From an uncultured delta proteobacterium (GTDB taxonomy: Bacteria > Desulfobacterota > Binatia > Binatales > Binataceae), in assembly GCA_963794325.1 (NCBI GenBank), contig CAWCDG010000004.1, forward strand, positions 224,001 to 288,000: 64,000 bases of DNA, read 5' to 3'. This document shows positions 49,514-58,879 of the stretch, piece by piece; position 1 is the stretch's first letter, and each line of letters begins with the position of its first letter. Made by a program: the position numbers and the translations under genes. The notes under the pieces are model-generated. The model searched no databases. It saw only the letters and a program-made list of their open reading frames with translations, and was not told where the DNA came from.

Positions 49514-50038
49514 ATGATTGTTCCTCCCGTCGCCCATCGCCGCGAAATTGATCGTAACCTCGCAGAATTTTTCCGCGGCCATCGCGCCGCGCATTTTAAT
49601 CGCGCCATCTCCTCGATGTGCCGGTTCTTCAAACTTCCTCGCCCCCGCATCGAATGGTTCGAGTACATCGATTGGGGCAAGACCGCCGGCCGCACCTACG
49701 AGGACGGCCGCATCCATCTCGTGCATCCGGAAAACTGGAAGCGCGGGCGCATCTACTTCAGCGAGCGCAAGTGGATCCAGATGCTCTACCACGAGATGGG
49801 CCACTTCCTGCTGTGGAGCGATCCCGAGCGCAAGGCCGACTTGTTCTCGCGCCGGATGGTAACCGGGCTTCGAGTCAGTGTCCGCCGGCGTGCGACGCGC
49901 TCGCGCAGCCGCGCGGGAATTCCGAGCACGCGCCTCTCCGCAAATCGCGTCCGCAAGCGCCGCGCGCGCGTTTCGATCGCACAAAAGTCGAAGCGTGGCT
50001 CGCGCGCGAGAACTCGCAAGTCGCGGCGGGTCGCCTGA
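49514..50038 (+). CDS. Small HEXXH zinc metalloprotease-like protein with Arg-rich tail
   Basis: YHEMGHF...ERKADLF; TTGACT-18-TATGAT at 49445-49474 and GGAGG RBS (start GTG 49508 or ATG 49514). Confidence 0.7.
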   Translation: MIVPPVAHRREIDRNLAEFFRGHRAAHFNRAISSMCRFFKLPRPRIEWFEYIDWGKTAGRTYEDGRIHLVHPENWKRGRIYFSERKWIQMLYHEMGHFLLWSDPERKADLFSRRMVTGLRVSVRRRATRSRSRAGIPSTRLSANRVRKRRARVSIAQKSKRGSRARTRKSRRVA

Positions 50039-50589
50039 TGCCGCAGAAGCCGACAGTCGAAAATCGATGGTGGGTCGAAACCAACTTCAAGAAACCGAAG
50101 CTGGCGAAGTCTGAAAACGAGATGCCGCAGTTGCCGGTCGCGATGGCCTTTTACCAGGTCGCGCGCGACTACGATCAGGATCGGGCCAAGGAAGATCTCA
50201 CCGACAACAACCTGCGCATCGCGCGCGAGGCGAATCCTCCGCCGGGCGGGTGGGCTTACCTCGCGATGACCGATCAGCACGCGCCCGCCAACGTGATCAA
50301 GCGCGTCAAGGACGAGTTCCGCATCCCGCGTGAGGCCCGCGGCCTGGTGATCGATCATGGCCGCGTCGTGCGATTGCTGATTTGCGGCCCGCAGCTTGAA
50401 GACTGGATGCTCGATATCACGCTCGGCGACGAGCCGTCAGTCGATGCGTACGTATGGTCGGTGATGTATCGCGAACGAATCTTCCGCCGAGCCGAAGACG
50501 CACTCCGCCAGGCCCGCAAATGGGCTATCAACCTGCTCCAATTCCCGCCCCCAAGAGACGAACCCTTCCGCGGCTCGCTGCTGACATAG
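50038..50589 (+). CDS. Hypothetical protein
   Basis: TGATG coupling to the upstream gene; 183 aa with normal composition. Confidence 0.75.
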   Translation: MPQKPTVENRWWVETNFKKPKLAKSENEMPQLPVAMAFYQVARDYDQDRAKEDLTDNNLRIAREANPPPGGWAYLAMTDQHAPANVIKRVKDEFRIPREARGLVIDHGRVVRLLICGPQLEDWMLDITLGDEPSVDAYVWSVMYRERIFRRAEDALRQARKWAINLLQFPPPRDEPFRGSLLT

Positions 50590-50611
50590 GGACGCGCAGA
50601 GGAACTTTATT

Positions 50612-50640
50612 TTAATGAAACCCACCGTGGGTTTCATTAA
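50612..50640. repeat. Isolated family-A second hairpin
   Basis: TTAATGAAACCCAC-C-GTGGGTTTCATTAA. Confidence 0.65.
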
Positions 50641-50654
50641 GATTAATCCCCGCC

Positions 50655-51800
50655 ATGAACTATCTCTCACTCGTGCTCCGCAACCTCACCCGTAACAAGC
50701 GCCGAACGATTCTCACCACGTTCTCGATCACCGTCTCCGTATTCATCTTCGCCTCGCTGATAAGCCTGCCCGGACTCCTCAATCAGGTCCTGCGCGACCG
50801 CGCCAACTCCCGCCGCCTCATCTGTCACAGTAAGGCCAGCCTCTTCTACATGCTGCCTGAGTCCTACCGCCGTCGGATCGAAAAAGTTCCGCACGTCGAG
50901 GCAGTCGCCGCTTACAGCGTCTTCCTCGCAACCTATCGCGATCCGACCGAGCAGCTCGGCGTGCTCGCCGTAGATGACGATCATATCCGCGAGATCTTTC
51001 CGGATTGGGATATCGGCGCGGAGGCCGAACACGAATTCGAAACCAAGCGCACCGCGGCCCTCGTCGCCACCAACCTGATGAAAGTTTACGGTTGGAAAGT
51101 GGGACAAACGTTCATGCTGCGCGGCACGATGTATCCGGTCGATCTGCAATTGACAATTGTCGGCGTGCTGAACGAGGAAGCCGCCGGCCCCCGCATCATC
51201 TTCCGCCGCGATTACATGGAAGAGCTGCTCGGCAGGCCGGGCACCGCCAACCTGTTTTGGGTAAAAGTGGACAGCTCGAAATCGGCGTCCGAAGTTATCG
51301 CCGCCATCGACGAGATGTTCGCCAACTCGCCCAACGAGACGGCCACCGAAACCGAAGTTGCGCTGATCAAGAGCCAGGAGGGCGGTACCCTGGCCCTGAT
51401 GCTTAATGGCGCGAAATTTCTGGCGGCGATCGTAATTTTCACGATTGCGCTGGTCGCCGCCAACACGGCCGCGATGGCGGTGCGGGAACGACGTCACGAA
51501 ATGGCAGTGATGCGCGCGATCGGTTTCACGCGCCGCTCGATCGTTGCCCGAATCCTGGTCGAAGGATTGATAGTCGGCATCACCGGCGGTGCACTCGGAT
51601 GCGTTCTGGCGGTGATCGGCTTCGACCTGTTGCCCCACGTCTCCGGAGCGCTGGGTCCGCTCGCACTCGCGATGACCCTGCAACCGCGAATCGTCGCCTA
51701 CAGCTTCCTGGTTGCCACGCTAATCGGAGCCGCCAGCGGCTTCATCCCCGCGGCCCTGGCCACCCGCGGCGACATCTCAACCGAACTCCGGGCAGTCTAA
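50655..51800 (+). CDS. MacB/FtsX-like ABC permease
   Basis: RNLTRNKRRTILT, ANTAAMAVRERRHEMAVMRAIGF. Confidence 0.92.
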   Translation: MNYLSLVLRNLTRNKRRTILTTFSITVSVFIFASLISLPGLLNQVLRDRANSRRLICHSKASLFYMLPESYRRRIEKVPHVEAVAAYSVFLATYRDPTEQLGVLAVDDDHIREIFPDWDIGAEAEHEFETKRTAALVATNLMKVYGWKVGQTFMLRGTMYPVDLQLTIVGVLNEEAAGPRIIFRRDYMEELLGRPGTANLFWVKVDSSKSASEVIAAIDEMFANSPNETATETEVALIKSQEGGTLALMLNGAKFLAAIVIFTIALVAANTAAMAVRERRHEMAVMRAIGFTRRSIVARILVEGLIVGITGGALGCVLAVIGFDLLPHVSGALGPLALAMTLQPRIVAYSFLVATLIGAASGFIPAALATRGDISTELRAV

Positions 51801-51899
51801 GTGGTTGATCCGTTGAAGTGGCGAAAAATAGGCGAAATCGTTAGGGTGGTGCGCGGAAGATTTGTGCGAGTTAATCTGTAGCCAGAGCGGTAAATTAAG

Positions 51900-52202
51900 A
51901 TGGGACGCGCGAAGATCGATATACCTGCGGAACGGATTCGCGACTTCTGCTGTCGCCATCATATTCGCAAGCTCGCATTCTTTGGGTCGGTTCTGCGCGA
52001 CGATTTTCTGCCGGGCAGCGATGTGGATGTGATCGTGGAATTTGAGCCGGGTCACGTGCCCGGCCTCGACTTCTTCGCCATGCAGGATGAGTTGTCGGAT
52101 ATTCTCGGACGGACTGCCGACCTCAACACGCCTGGATTTTTGGGCAATCACTTCCGCGACCGCGTCCTCGCCGACGCCGAGGTTCAGTATGTCGCGCCAT
52201 GA
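51900..52202 (+). CDS. Minimal nucleotidyltransferase (MntA-like antitoxin)
   Basis: FFGSVLRDDF...SDVDVIVEF. Confidence 0.92.
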   Translation: MGRAKIDIPAERIRDFCCRHHIRKLAFFGSVLRDDFLPGSDVDVIVEFEPGHVPGLDFFAMQDELSDILGRTADLNTPGFLGNHFRDRVLADAEVQYVAP

Positions 52203-52530
52203 AAGCATGCTGCGACTTCGGCACATGCTCGATCATGCACGCGAAGCAGTTGCAATGGCGAATGGAAAGACTCGCGACGATCTTTATACCGATCGTATGC
52301 TGAACCTCGCTCTTGTCCGATTGTTGGAAATTGTCGGAGAAGCGGCGAGCAGAACGCCGCTCGACGAACGCGCTCAACATGGCGACATACCATGGTCCCA
52401 GATCGTCGGACTGCGAAACCGTCTGATTCACGGCTATGACTCGGTGGACTTCGAAATACTCTGGCAGATTGTCAACAAGGACTTGCCGAATTTGATTCTG
52501 TCACTCGAGCGAATTGTTTCGTCGGCCTGA
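52189..52530 (+). CDS. HEPN/DUF86 RNase toxin (HepT-like)
   Basis: LEIVGEAA, IPW, RNRLIHGY (Rx4HxY). Confidence 0.92.
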   Translation: MSRHESMLRLRHMLDHAREAVAMANGKTRDDLYTDRMLNLALVRLLEIVGEAASRTPLDERAQHGDIPWSQIVGLRNRLIHGYDSVDFEILWQIVNKDLPNLILSLERIVSSA

Positions 52531-52624
52531 ACTGCCGCACTCCGCTTCCGTAGATTCCCACTTGCGTCCCCGCACACCTGCGAATAGTTGTGATCTATCG
52601 CGCGTTCCGGCGTGCGAGGAAGCA

Positions 52625-52954
52625 ATGCAAAAATTAATTTCTACCGCAATCGCGTTTTCGATCCTGCTGATCGCAGCCGGATGCTCGACCAACAATCAAA
52701 CCGTGCAGCAGAAGCAGGCCTGCTCCGTCGGCGACCAGCATCCGTGGTGTATGCAATTGGCGCAGACCAAGCCCCTGGGCGCTGCGTCCAACGGATCGGA
52801 AGCGACCTGGCCGACCAATCCTGAAATGCAGGACGGCAGACCGCCCTATCCGACGAACCCGGCGCTATCGTACACCGGGATCCCCGCGGGCACCTTCGGC
52901 GGTCTCAACGGTTCTATCAATTTAGGCAATTTCGGCGGTATGCACGGCATGTAA
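52625..52954 (+). CDS. Small lipoprotein
   Basis: GAGG RBS; signal peptide with IAAGC lipobox. Confidence 0.75.
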   Translation: MQKLISTAIAFSILLIAAGCSTNNQTVQQKQACSVGDQHPWCMQLAQTKPLGAASNGSEATWPTNPEMQDGRPPYPTNPALSYTGIPAGTFGGLNGSINLGNFGGMHGM

Positions 52955-52960
52955 GCGCCG

Positions 52961-53383
52961 TTAGCTTTTCGTGAATTCGACCGTCGCCGTTCCGGTCACG
53001 AGGCGCTCCGCCTCCTCGTTCTCCATCCAGACGTCGATCTCGGCCGTGTGGTCTTCAGCATTCTTGTTGGTGATAAATCCGTGAATCGTGATCGTATGGT
53101 CGGGCTGCACCGGCACGCGATAGGTCGTGCTCATCCGCGACAGCCACGCATTGCCCGACCCGATCCAATCCGTCACCAGCTTCGACAGCAGGCCCAGGCT
53201 CATATTGCCCGGCAGGATCATTCCGGGGAGGCCTTCCTTCTTCGCGGCTTCGTCGTCGGTGAAGCGCCCCGCAATATCGCCCATGCCCATCGTCTTGGCG
53301 TATAGGCGGCACTGATCCTTGCTGACGAACAACTCGAGCGGGCCGAGCGTGTCGCCGATATTGATTTCTTCGAAGCTGCTCAC
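52961..53383 (-). CDS. MaoC/hotdog-fold protein (HadB-like)
   Basis: FEEINIGDTL, DDEAAKKEGLPGMI, PVQPD, GTATV. Confidence 0.85.
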   Translation of the reverse strand: MSSFEEINIGDTLGPLELFVSKDQCRLYAKTMGMGDIAGRFTDDEAAKKEGLPGMILPGNMSLGLLSKLVTDWIGSGNAWLSRMSTTYRVPVQPDHTITIHGFITNKNAEDHTAEIDVWMENEEAERLVTGTATVEFTKS

Positions 53384-53826
53384 GTGCGGTTCATGAAACG
53401 ATGGTCGATATGGGCCAGCACTTCGTCCTTCTGGTTTTTCAGGGTCGAGCGAATCACGACGAAGACCATGGTGCCCGTGCGCCCGGTCTTCTCGAAAATT
53501 TCCTTCACGTGCGAGGTCAACGTCACCTTGTCGCCCGGCCTTATCGGCGCGACGAATTCAACGTCCTTCCCCGCGTCGAAGCCGCGGCGTCCGAAGCGCG
53601 GGACGTTCTCAAAAAAATGTCGCCCGTTGCGGAACGTCACCGCGAACGACGGCGGCGCGACGATCCCGCCGTACACTCCCTTCTTCGCCGCTTCCTCGTC
53701 CGTGTAGATCGGATTGGTCTCGCCGAGCGCCGTGCAGTACCGCTTGATCTTGTCGGCCTTGACCTCGACCGGCTCGGTGACTTCAAAGACCTTGTTGATC
53801 AGCGCCGGATCGTATTCGACTGCCAT
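53380..53826 (-). CDS. MaoC N-terminal (HadA-like) hotdog protein
   Basis: GETNPIYTDEEAA, APPSF, PIRPGD, EKTGRTGTM. Confidence 0.88.
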   Translation of the reverse strand: MAVEYDPALINKVFEVTEPVEVKADKIKRYCTALGETNPIYTDEEAAKKGVYGGIVAPPSFAVTFRNGRHFFENVPRFGRRGFDAGKDVEFVAPIRPGDKVTLTSHVKEIFEKTGRTGTMVFVVIRSTLKNQKDEVLAHIDHRFMNRT

Positions 53827-53838
53827 CTTCTAACTCGC

Positions 53839-54522
53839 TTATCGCGATTCCATCGCGACGGCTTGAGGCACTGGCTTGCGCTTCGGCCTAAAATCCACCG
53901 GCTCGAAATTGCCGGTTCTCAATTCATTCACCAGGTCGTCGATCGTCTTGATATACGCGCTGAACTTCGTCGCGCACAATCCGATCAGACTCACCAGATG
54001 GCTGTCGGATCCACCGGTCGCCGCGAAACCATACTTCGCGATCAACTCCGCGCTGCGCTCATCCTCGCCCTTGCGCGATCCGCCGTTGAGCGCCTCGACT
54101 GCGACCACGTTCTCCAGCGGCCCCTTGCTCTGATAATGCTCGTAGAGCCCGATATTCGGCCGCCCCGGATGACAGGGGACGACGATCCCGCCCATCCGCG
54201 CGATTTCATCGATCAGCGTCTGCGCGTCGAGATGCACGTCGGCGAAATCGAATCGCTTGACCATGTCGTCATTCACGCCAAACACCAGCATGTGCCCGTA
54301 GTTGGTCTCGACTTCCGACGCTCGCAGCACCAGCGTGCCGAACTTGTCTTCAAGCGCGCGATAATCGGCCTCGCGATTGAACTGGCGATGCTCAGTGAGC
54401 ACGATTCCGTCGACCGGCCGCTCCGTCGCTCGCAGCTTGATCCAGTTGAGGTAAGCCTCTACCGGTGCGCGGCTGTCTTCCGATGCTTCACTATGGGTAT
54501 GCAGATCAAGGATTGTACTCAC
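53839..54522 (-). CDS. PHP-domain phosphoesterase
   Basis: DLHTHS, LTEH, GHM, CHP, GGSDSH. Confidence 0.9.
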   Translation of the reverse strand: MSTILDLHTHSEASEDSRAPVEAYLNWIKLRATERPVDGIVLTEHRQFNREADYRALEDKFGTLVLRASEVETNYGHMLVFGVNDDMVKRFDFADVHLDAQTLIDEIARMGGIVVPCHPGRPNIGLYEHYQSKGPLENVVAVEALNGGSRKGEDERSAELIAKYGFAATGGSDSHLVSLIGLCATKFSAYIKTIDDLVNELRTGNFEPVDFRPKRKPVPQAVAMESR

Positions 54523-54535
54523 CAGGAATGTGCCC

Positions 54536-54964
54536 TCACCTCGCCGGGCGAAATTTCGCGAGCGTCACAGTCGGCGTGACGTCCTCGTATACGACCTCGA
54601 CGGGCATTCCTATCTTAGCTTGTTCTGGCGCGCAGTCGATAATGTTGGTGAGCATTTTCACGCCCTCGTCCAATTCGACATACGCCATAATGTAGGGTAG
54701 CGATTCGCGAAATCCCGGCGCCTGGTTCTGATACGTGGTCGTAAAGGTATAGACCTTGCCGCGCCCGCTGCATTTGATCCATTGCGTATCCGGCGACAGG
54801 CAATTCGTGCACAGCGCGCGCGGGTAGTAGCGCAGGTCGCCGCACTTGCGGCACTTCTGGATATAAAGCTCGTGCCGCTGCAGCGCCTCCCACCACGGAC
54901 GATTCTCTTCGTCGAGATGCGGCAGTGGCTTCGAGTATTTCTTCGCTTGCGTCTGTTCCGCCAT
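54536..54964 (-). CDS. DUF35 Zn-ribbon/OB-fold protein
   Basis: QKCRKCG, PRALCTNC, SGRGKVYTF, VELDEG. Confidence 0.93.
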   Translation of the reverse strand: MAEQTQAKKYSKPLPHLDEENRPWWEALQRHELYIQKCRKCGDLRYYPRALCTNCLSPDTQWIKCSGRGKVYTFTTTYQNQAPGFRESLPYIMAYVELDEGVKMLTNIIDCAPEQAKIGMPVEVVYEDVTPTVTLAKFRPAR

Positions 54965-54982
54965 GATTTTCGTCCGCCCTGA

Positions 54983-56149
54983 TTACTGATTGCTGAGAAT
55001 AAGCGTCGCCCCCGAATGCCGCGTGCCGAGCGTGCCGCCGGTCCCGTGCGCGAGCGCGATTTTGCAATCCTTGACCTGCCGCGGCCCACACTCGCCGCGC
55101 AGCTGTTTCGTCGCCTCGATCACTAAAAAAATTCCACGCATCCCCGGATGGTTCGACGACAGGCCGCCGCCATCGGTGTTGATCGGAAACTCGCCGTCGT
55201 ATCGGAGCCGCCCGCCCGTCACGAACGCGCCCCCTTCGCCACGCTTGCAGAAGCCGAGATTTTCGAGCGTCGTCAGCACGGTGATCGTGAACGAGTCGTA
55301 GATCATCGCCATGTCGATATCTTTATGCGCGACGCCCGCGCGCTCGAACGCCAGCCGTCCCGATTGTGCCGCCGCGATTTCCAGAAAATCGCGCTGACCG
55401 CGCGCCGCGTGCCGCACCGTCTCGCCCGTGCCGAGGATATAGACCGGCTTCTTCTTCAAATCGCGCGCCCGCTCCGCCGACGTGATCACCAGCGCGCCGC
55501 CGCCGTCACTGATTATGCAACAATCGAGCAGATGCAGCGGCGACGAGATGATTCGCGACGCAAGCACGTCCTCGACCGTGATCGGCTCGCGATACTTCGC
55601 CGCCGGATTCATCGACGCATGCAGCCGCATCGTGACTGCAATCTCGGCCAGTTGCTCCGAGGTCGTGCCGTAGTCATGCATATGCCGCTGCGCGACCATC
55701 GCGTACGACCCGACCGTGGTCGGCCCGAACGGAATCTCGTACTGGTCACACGGATCGCCACTGCCGCCGCCGCCCCCGCCGCCTGTGCCAATCGCGAACC
55801 GCGACGACGCCGCCGTCGATCCATAAACCACGACGCACACGTCGCACATCCCGGCATGAATCGCGGCGGCCGCATGTGCCGTGTGCGCGACGAACGACGA
55901 TCCGCCGATCGACGTCGAATCGACAAAGTTCGGCGTCAGGTTCAGGTAATCGCAGAAACCGACGATTCCCATCCCGCTCATTCCGATCCCGGTCGTGCAC
56001 AGCCCGTTCACGTCTTTGATAGTGAGCCCGGCGTCATCGAGCGCTCCGCGCACGCTCTCCGCCATTATCTGAAACAGACTTTTATCGGGCGCGAATCGCG
56101 TCGGATGCTCAAACACCCCGGCCACTGCGGTCTTGCGGCTTAAACTCAT
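54983..56149 (-). CDS. SCP2/Ltp2-type thiolase-superfamily protein
   Basis: LHLLDCC..SDGGGA, YDSFT, NTDGGGLSSNHPG, LRGECGPRQV. Confidence 0.92.
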   Translation of the reverse strand: MSLSRKTAVAGVFEHPTRFAPDKSLFQIMAESVRGALDDAGLTIKDVNGLCTTGIGMSGMGIVGFCDYLNLTPNFVDSTSIGGSSFVAHTAHAAAAIHAGMCDVCVVVYGSTAASSRFAIGTGGGGGGGSGDPCDQYEIPFGPTTVGSYAMVAQRHMHDYGTTSEQLAEIAVTMRLHASMNPAAKYREPITVEDVLASRIISSPLHLLDCCIISDGGGALVITSAERARDLKKKPVYILGTGETVRHAARGQRDFLEIAAAQSGRLAFERAGVAHKDIDMAMIYDSFTITVLTTLENLGFCKRGEGGAFVTGGRLRYDGEFPINTDGGGLSSNHPGMRGIFLVIEATKQLRGECGPRQVKDCKIALAHGTGGTLGTRHSGATLILSNQ

Positions 56150-56158
56150 CTCAAATTC

Positions 56159-56980
56159 CTACTTCAGTCCGTCGACGAACTGCTCGATCGCGGCGTTGTA
56201 CTCGGCGGGACGCTCGCGCGGAATGTAATGCCCGGCGTCCGCGATAATCCTGCACGTCGCGCCACGAATTTTGCCCGCGATTAATTCCGCATCAGCCGGC
56301 GTGGTCCCTTTGTCGTCAGCACCCGCGATCACCATCGTGGGTTTGTCGATCTTCCCGATCGCCTCGCGCAGATCGACCTGCGAGCACGCGAGGATGTCCG
56401 TGTATCGCACGCGCGGGTCAGTCTTGATTTGTTCCATCCACCCTTCGCGCACAACATCGAAATTGTTCTTCACTGTCATGGGCGAATAGCCGTCCGTGTT
56501 GAACGCCTGCGGCGCGCGGCCCATCGTGATCGCGCGCAATCCTTCGATCCGATCCGGCGTGAGATTGAACTTCGCCGCCGTGCAACTGAGTATCAGCGCC
56601 TCGACCCGCGCCGCATGCCGCAAGCCGAGCTCCATCGCAATCGCCCCGCCCATCGAATGTCCCAGTATCACCGCCGACTTGATCTTCAACGCATCGAGGA
56701 ACGCCGCAACGAAATCCGCATAGTCACTAACCGTCCGCAACCCCTCGACCCCCGCCGACCGTCCATGCCCCGGCAAGTCGAGCGCGATCGGACTGTACCG
56801 GCCGCCAAACGCCTCGATCTGCCGATGCCACGTATGCCCGTTCGACCCCGCACCATGCACAAACAAAATCTTGCGCCCGCGCGAAAAATCCGGCACCACA
56901 TCCGGCAGCGTCGTCGCCCCGTTATAATAGTAGTAAGTCGCGTATCCCTTTACGTCGGTATATTTCGTCTGCGTAGGCAT
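56159..56980 (-). CDS. Alpha/beta hydrolase
   Basis: FVHGAG, DLPGHG, GHSMGG, AGH. Confidence 0.93.
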   Translation of the reverse strand: MPTQTKYTDVKGYATYYYYNGATTLPDVVPDFSRGRKILFVHGAGSNGHTWHRQIEAFGGRYSPIALDLPGHGRSAGVEGLRTVSDYADFVAAFLDALKIKSAVILGHSMGGAIAMELGLRHAARVEALILSCTAAKFNLTPDRIEGLRAITMGRAPQAFNTDGYSPMTVKNNFDVVREGWMEQIKTDPRVRYTDILACSQVDLREAIGKIDKPTMVIAGADDKGTTPADAELIAGKIRGATCRIIADAGHYIPRERPAEYNAAIEQFVDGLK

Positions 56981-57073
56981 CGCGCAAAAACTCTCCGCCA
57001 GTAGCTTTTGAAGGTTAGCTATTAGGTTGAAGCCGCGCTTGTCAAACGCCCCAACCTTCAGCCTGCCGCATCC

Positions 57074-57556
57074 TCAGCGCAGCGAACGGACGGGTTCCTT
57101 CACCCATTCCTCGTCGCTTTCTTTCAATTCTCGTACACTCAGGTCGTGAAAAATTAGACCGATGTTGTGGCTGTTCGTTTCGATCCGAACTTCGTGCATC
57201 GGCTTGCCAACCTTGAGGGACCATTCGCGCGCGAGTTCGGAATTGTCCACGTACGCCGCACCTGGGTATGCGGCCGAATAGCAGACTGCCCACAGGTAGC
57301 CCTCAGGGGAACCGGCGCGCTCCCAAGACGCGTAGTCGGTATAAATGTCGTCCCACGACTGTTGCCAGAATCGATCGGCCACTGCGGTTGTGATCCACGC
57401 CGAAGTACAGTGACTGAAACGGTATAGGAATTGATGCTCTTTGATATAGGCGACGACATCGTAGTCTCGTAGGAAAGAAGTGAAACCATGCCTTACTATG
57501 AGACTATCGAATAGTGGTTCCTGCAGTGCCTTTTTGATCTCGTCTACCGTCATCAT
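57074..57556 (-). CDS. Hypothetical protein, YxiG-like
   Basis: FD...HGF..FLRDY, YLW, YPG, HEVRIETN.HN..LIF.DL; family recalled, not searched. Confidence 0.65.
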   Translation of the reverse strand: MMTVDEIKKALQEPLFDSLIVRHGFTSFLRDYDVVAYIKEHQFLYRFSHCTSAWITTAVADRFWQQSWDDIYTDYASWERAGSPEGYLWAVCYSAAYPGAAYVDNSELAREWSLKVGKPMHEVRIETNSHNIGLIFHDLSVRELKESDEEWVKEPVRSLR

Positions 57557-58356
57557 CTATCCCGCCGGCCGATGATCAGAGGTTCGTGCTGCGTCAACGT
57601 CTGCGGCACTCCCGACTTGCCGAGCTCCCCAATCATCTCCTCGGCGCGTTCGCGCTCACCCTCCGGTATCAGCGGCATCCACCTGATCCTGATCCAGTCA
57701 TCTATATCCGCCCACGTAACCGTGAATGGCGCCGCACGTTCCTCGACCCGCAAACCCGCCTTCGCGAACGCCTGCTGATAGCGATCCCTGGGACGCGCAT
57801 CGGCCTCGCGACGCGCCGCGCGCCGAAAGATCACCTCGCGATATTCGCGCCATCGCTCCTCACCGACGATTGCGCTCAGCATCTGTCGCACACTGTCGTC
57901 GCGCTGCCCGGTCGCAATCATCACTCCGCCGACTTGCAGACATCGCGCAAACTCGGCCACGACACCCTCGACATCCGCGACGAACTGAATCACGTGACTC
58001 GCGAAGATTAAATCGAACGACGAATGCTTGAACGGCAGTCGCGATACGTCCGCGCGGATCAGCCGGCATTTCCCGCCAACTCGGCCGCGCGCCGACAGCA
58101 GCATCTCGAAAGTCAGATCGACACCGGTGATACGCCTGATGCCCGGCGCCTCGACAAACTTCCGCAGATAGGCGCCGTTGCCGCATCCGACATCGAGCAC
58201 CTCGCGCGCGTCCGCGATCTCCCCCGCAATCGCCTCGAGCACCGCACTCCGCCGATTCCCATAGTACGCGCCGTCGCCGTACGTATCGGCCAACCGTCCG
58301 AAATACTGAGCTATCTGCGAAGGTCTGCGATCTCGCGAGCTATGGTCTGGGTCCAT
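57553..58356 (-). CDS. Class I SAM-dependent methyltransferase
   Basis: VLDVGCGNG, GVDLT, LPF...SFDLI. Confidence 0.9.
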   Translation of the reverse strand: MDPDHSSRDRRPSQIAQYFGRLADTYGDGAYYGNRRSAVLEAIAGEIADAREVLDVGCGNGAYLRKFVEAPGIRRITGVDLTFEMLLSARGRVGGKCRLIRADVSRLPFKHSSFDLIFASHVIQFVADVEGVVAEFARCLQVGGVMIATGQRDDSVRQMLSAIVGEERWREYREVIFRRAARREADARPRDRYQQAFAKAGLRVEERAAPFTVTWADIDDWIRIRWMPLIPEGERERAEEMIGELGKSGVPQTLTQHEPLIIGRRDR

Positions 58357-58402
58357 AGCAGCGAGGATGACAGAAAACCCGCCACGCGGAAAAGTTTGCC
58401 CG

Positions 58403-58639
58403 CTACTTGCGAGCTTTGCGACCTTTGGCTTTATGCGGGGGCGAACTGACTCCATCTGTGATCGGCTCGACCTGCGCATGCTCCCACACTTCGATCGCCG
58501 CGCGGCTGAATCGCCATGCGCTCCCGACGCGGAAGCCCGGTATTCGTCCCTCTCGCAGCAAGCGGTAGATCGTCGTCGGATGGACGCGCAGATGCGCCGA
58601 CAACTCGGAGATTGTCAGAATTTCTTCAGAGGATGCCAT
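58403..58639 (-). CDS. Excisionase-like HTH_17 DNA-binding protein
   Basis: ILTISELSAHLRVHPTTIYRLL..G.IPGFRVGSAWRF. Confidence 0.9.
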   Translation of the reverse strand: MASSEEILTISELSAHLRVHPTTIYRLLREGRIPGFRVGSAWRFSRAAIEVWEHAQVEPITDGVSSPPHKAKGRKARK

Positions 58640-58879
58640 GATGACGCCAAGCCTGACCTCGGGGAGTAGCTAGCCGGTTCCTTTTTAACGAGGCGTATCG
58701 CTCGATGTCGTACAAAAACCCGCTTCCCAGCCTCTAACCGTGCCACGGATAAGTCAATACTGACGGTTCGCGCTTGTCAGACCTCACGAATCTTGGCGAA
58801 GGTGCGTCAGGTTGCGTTATGGTTAGCGAGAGGCGGACAGAATAATTCAAAGCCGCGCGCGCAATGGAGGCGATTTGCG

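Noticed and set aside
58403-58639. Excisionase marking a mobile element
   Set aside because: No integrase or phage genes nearby; more likely a stand-alone HTH_17 regulator
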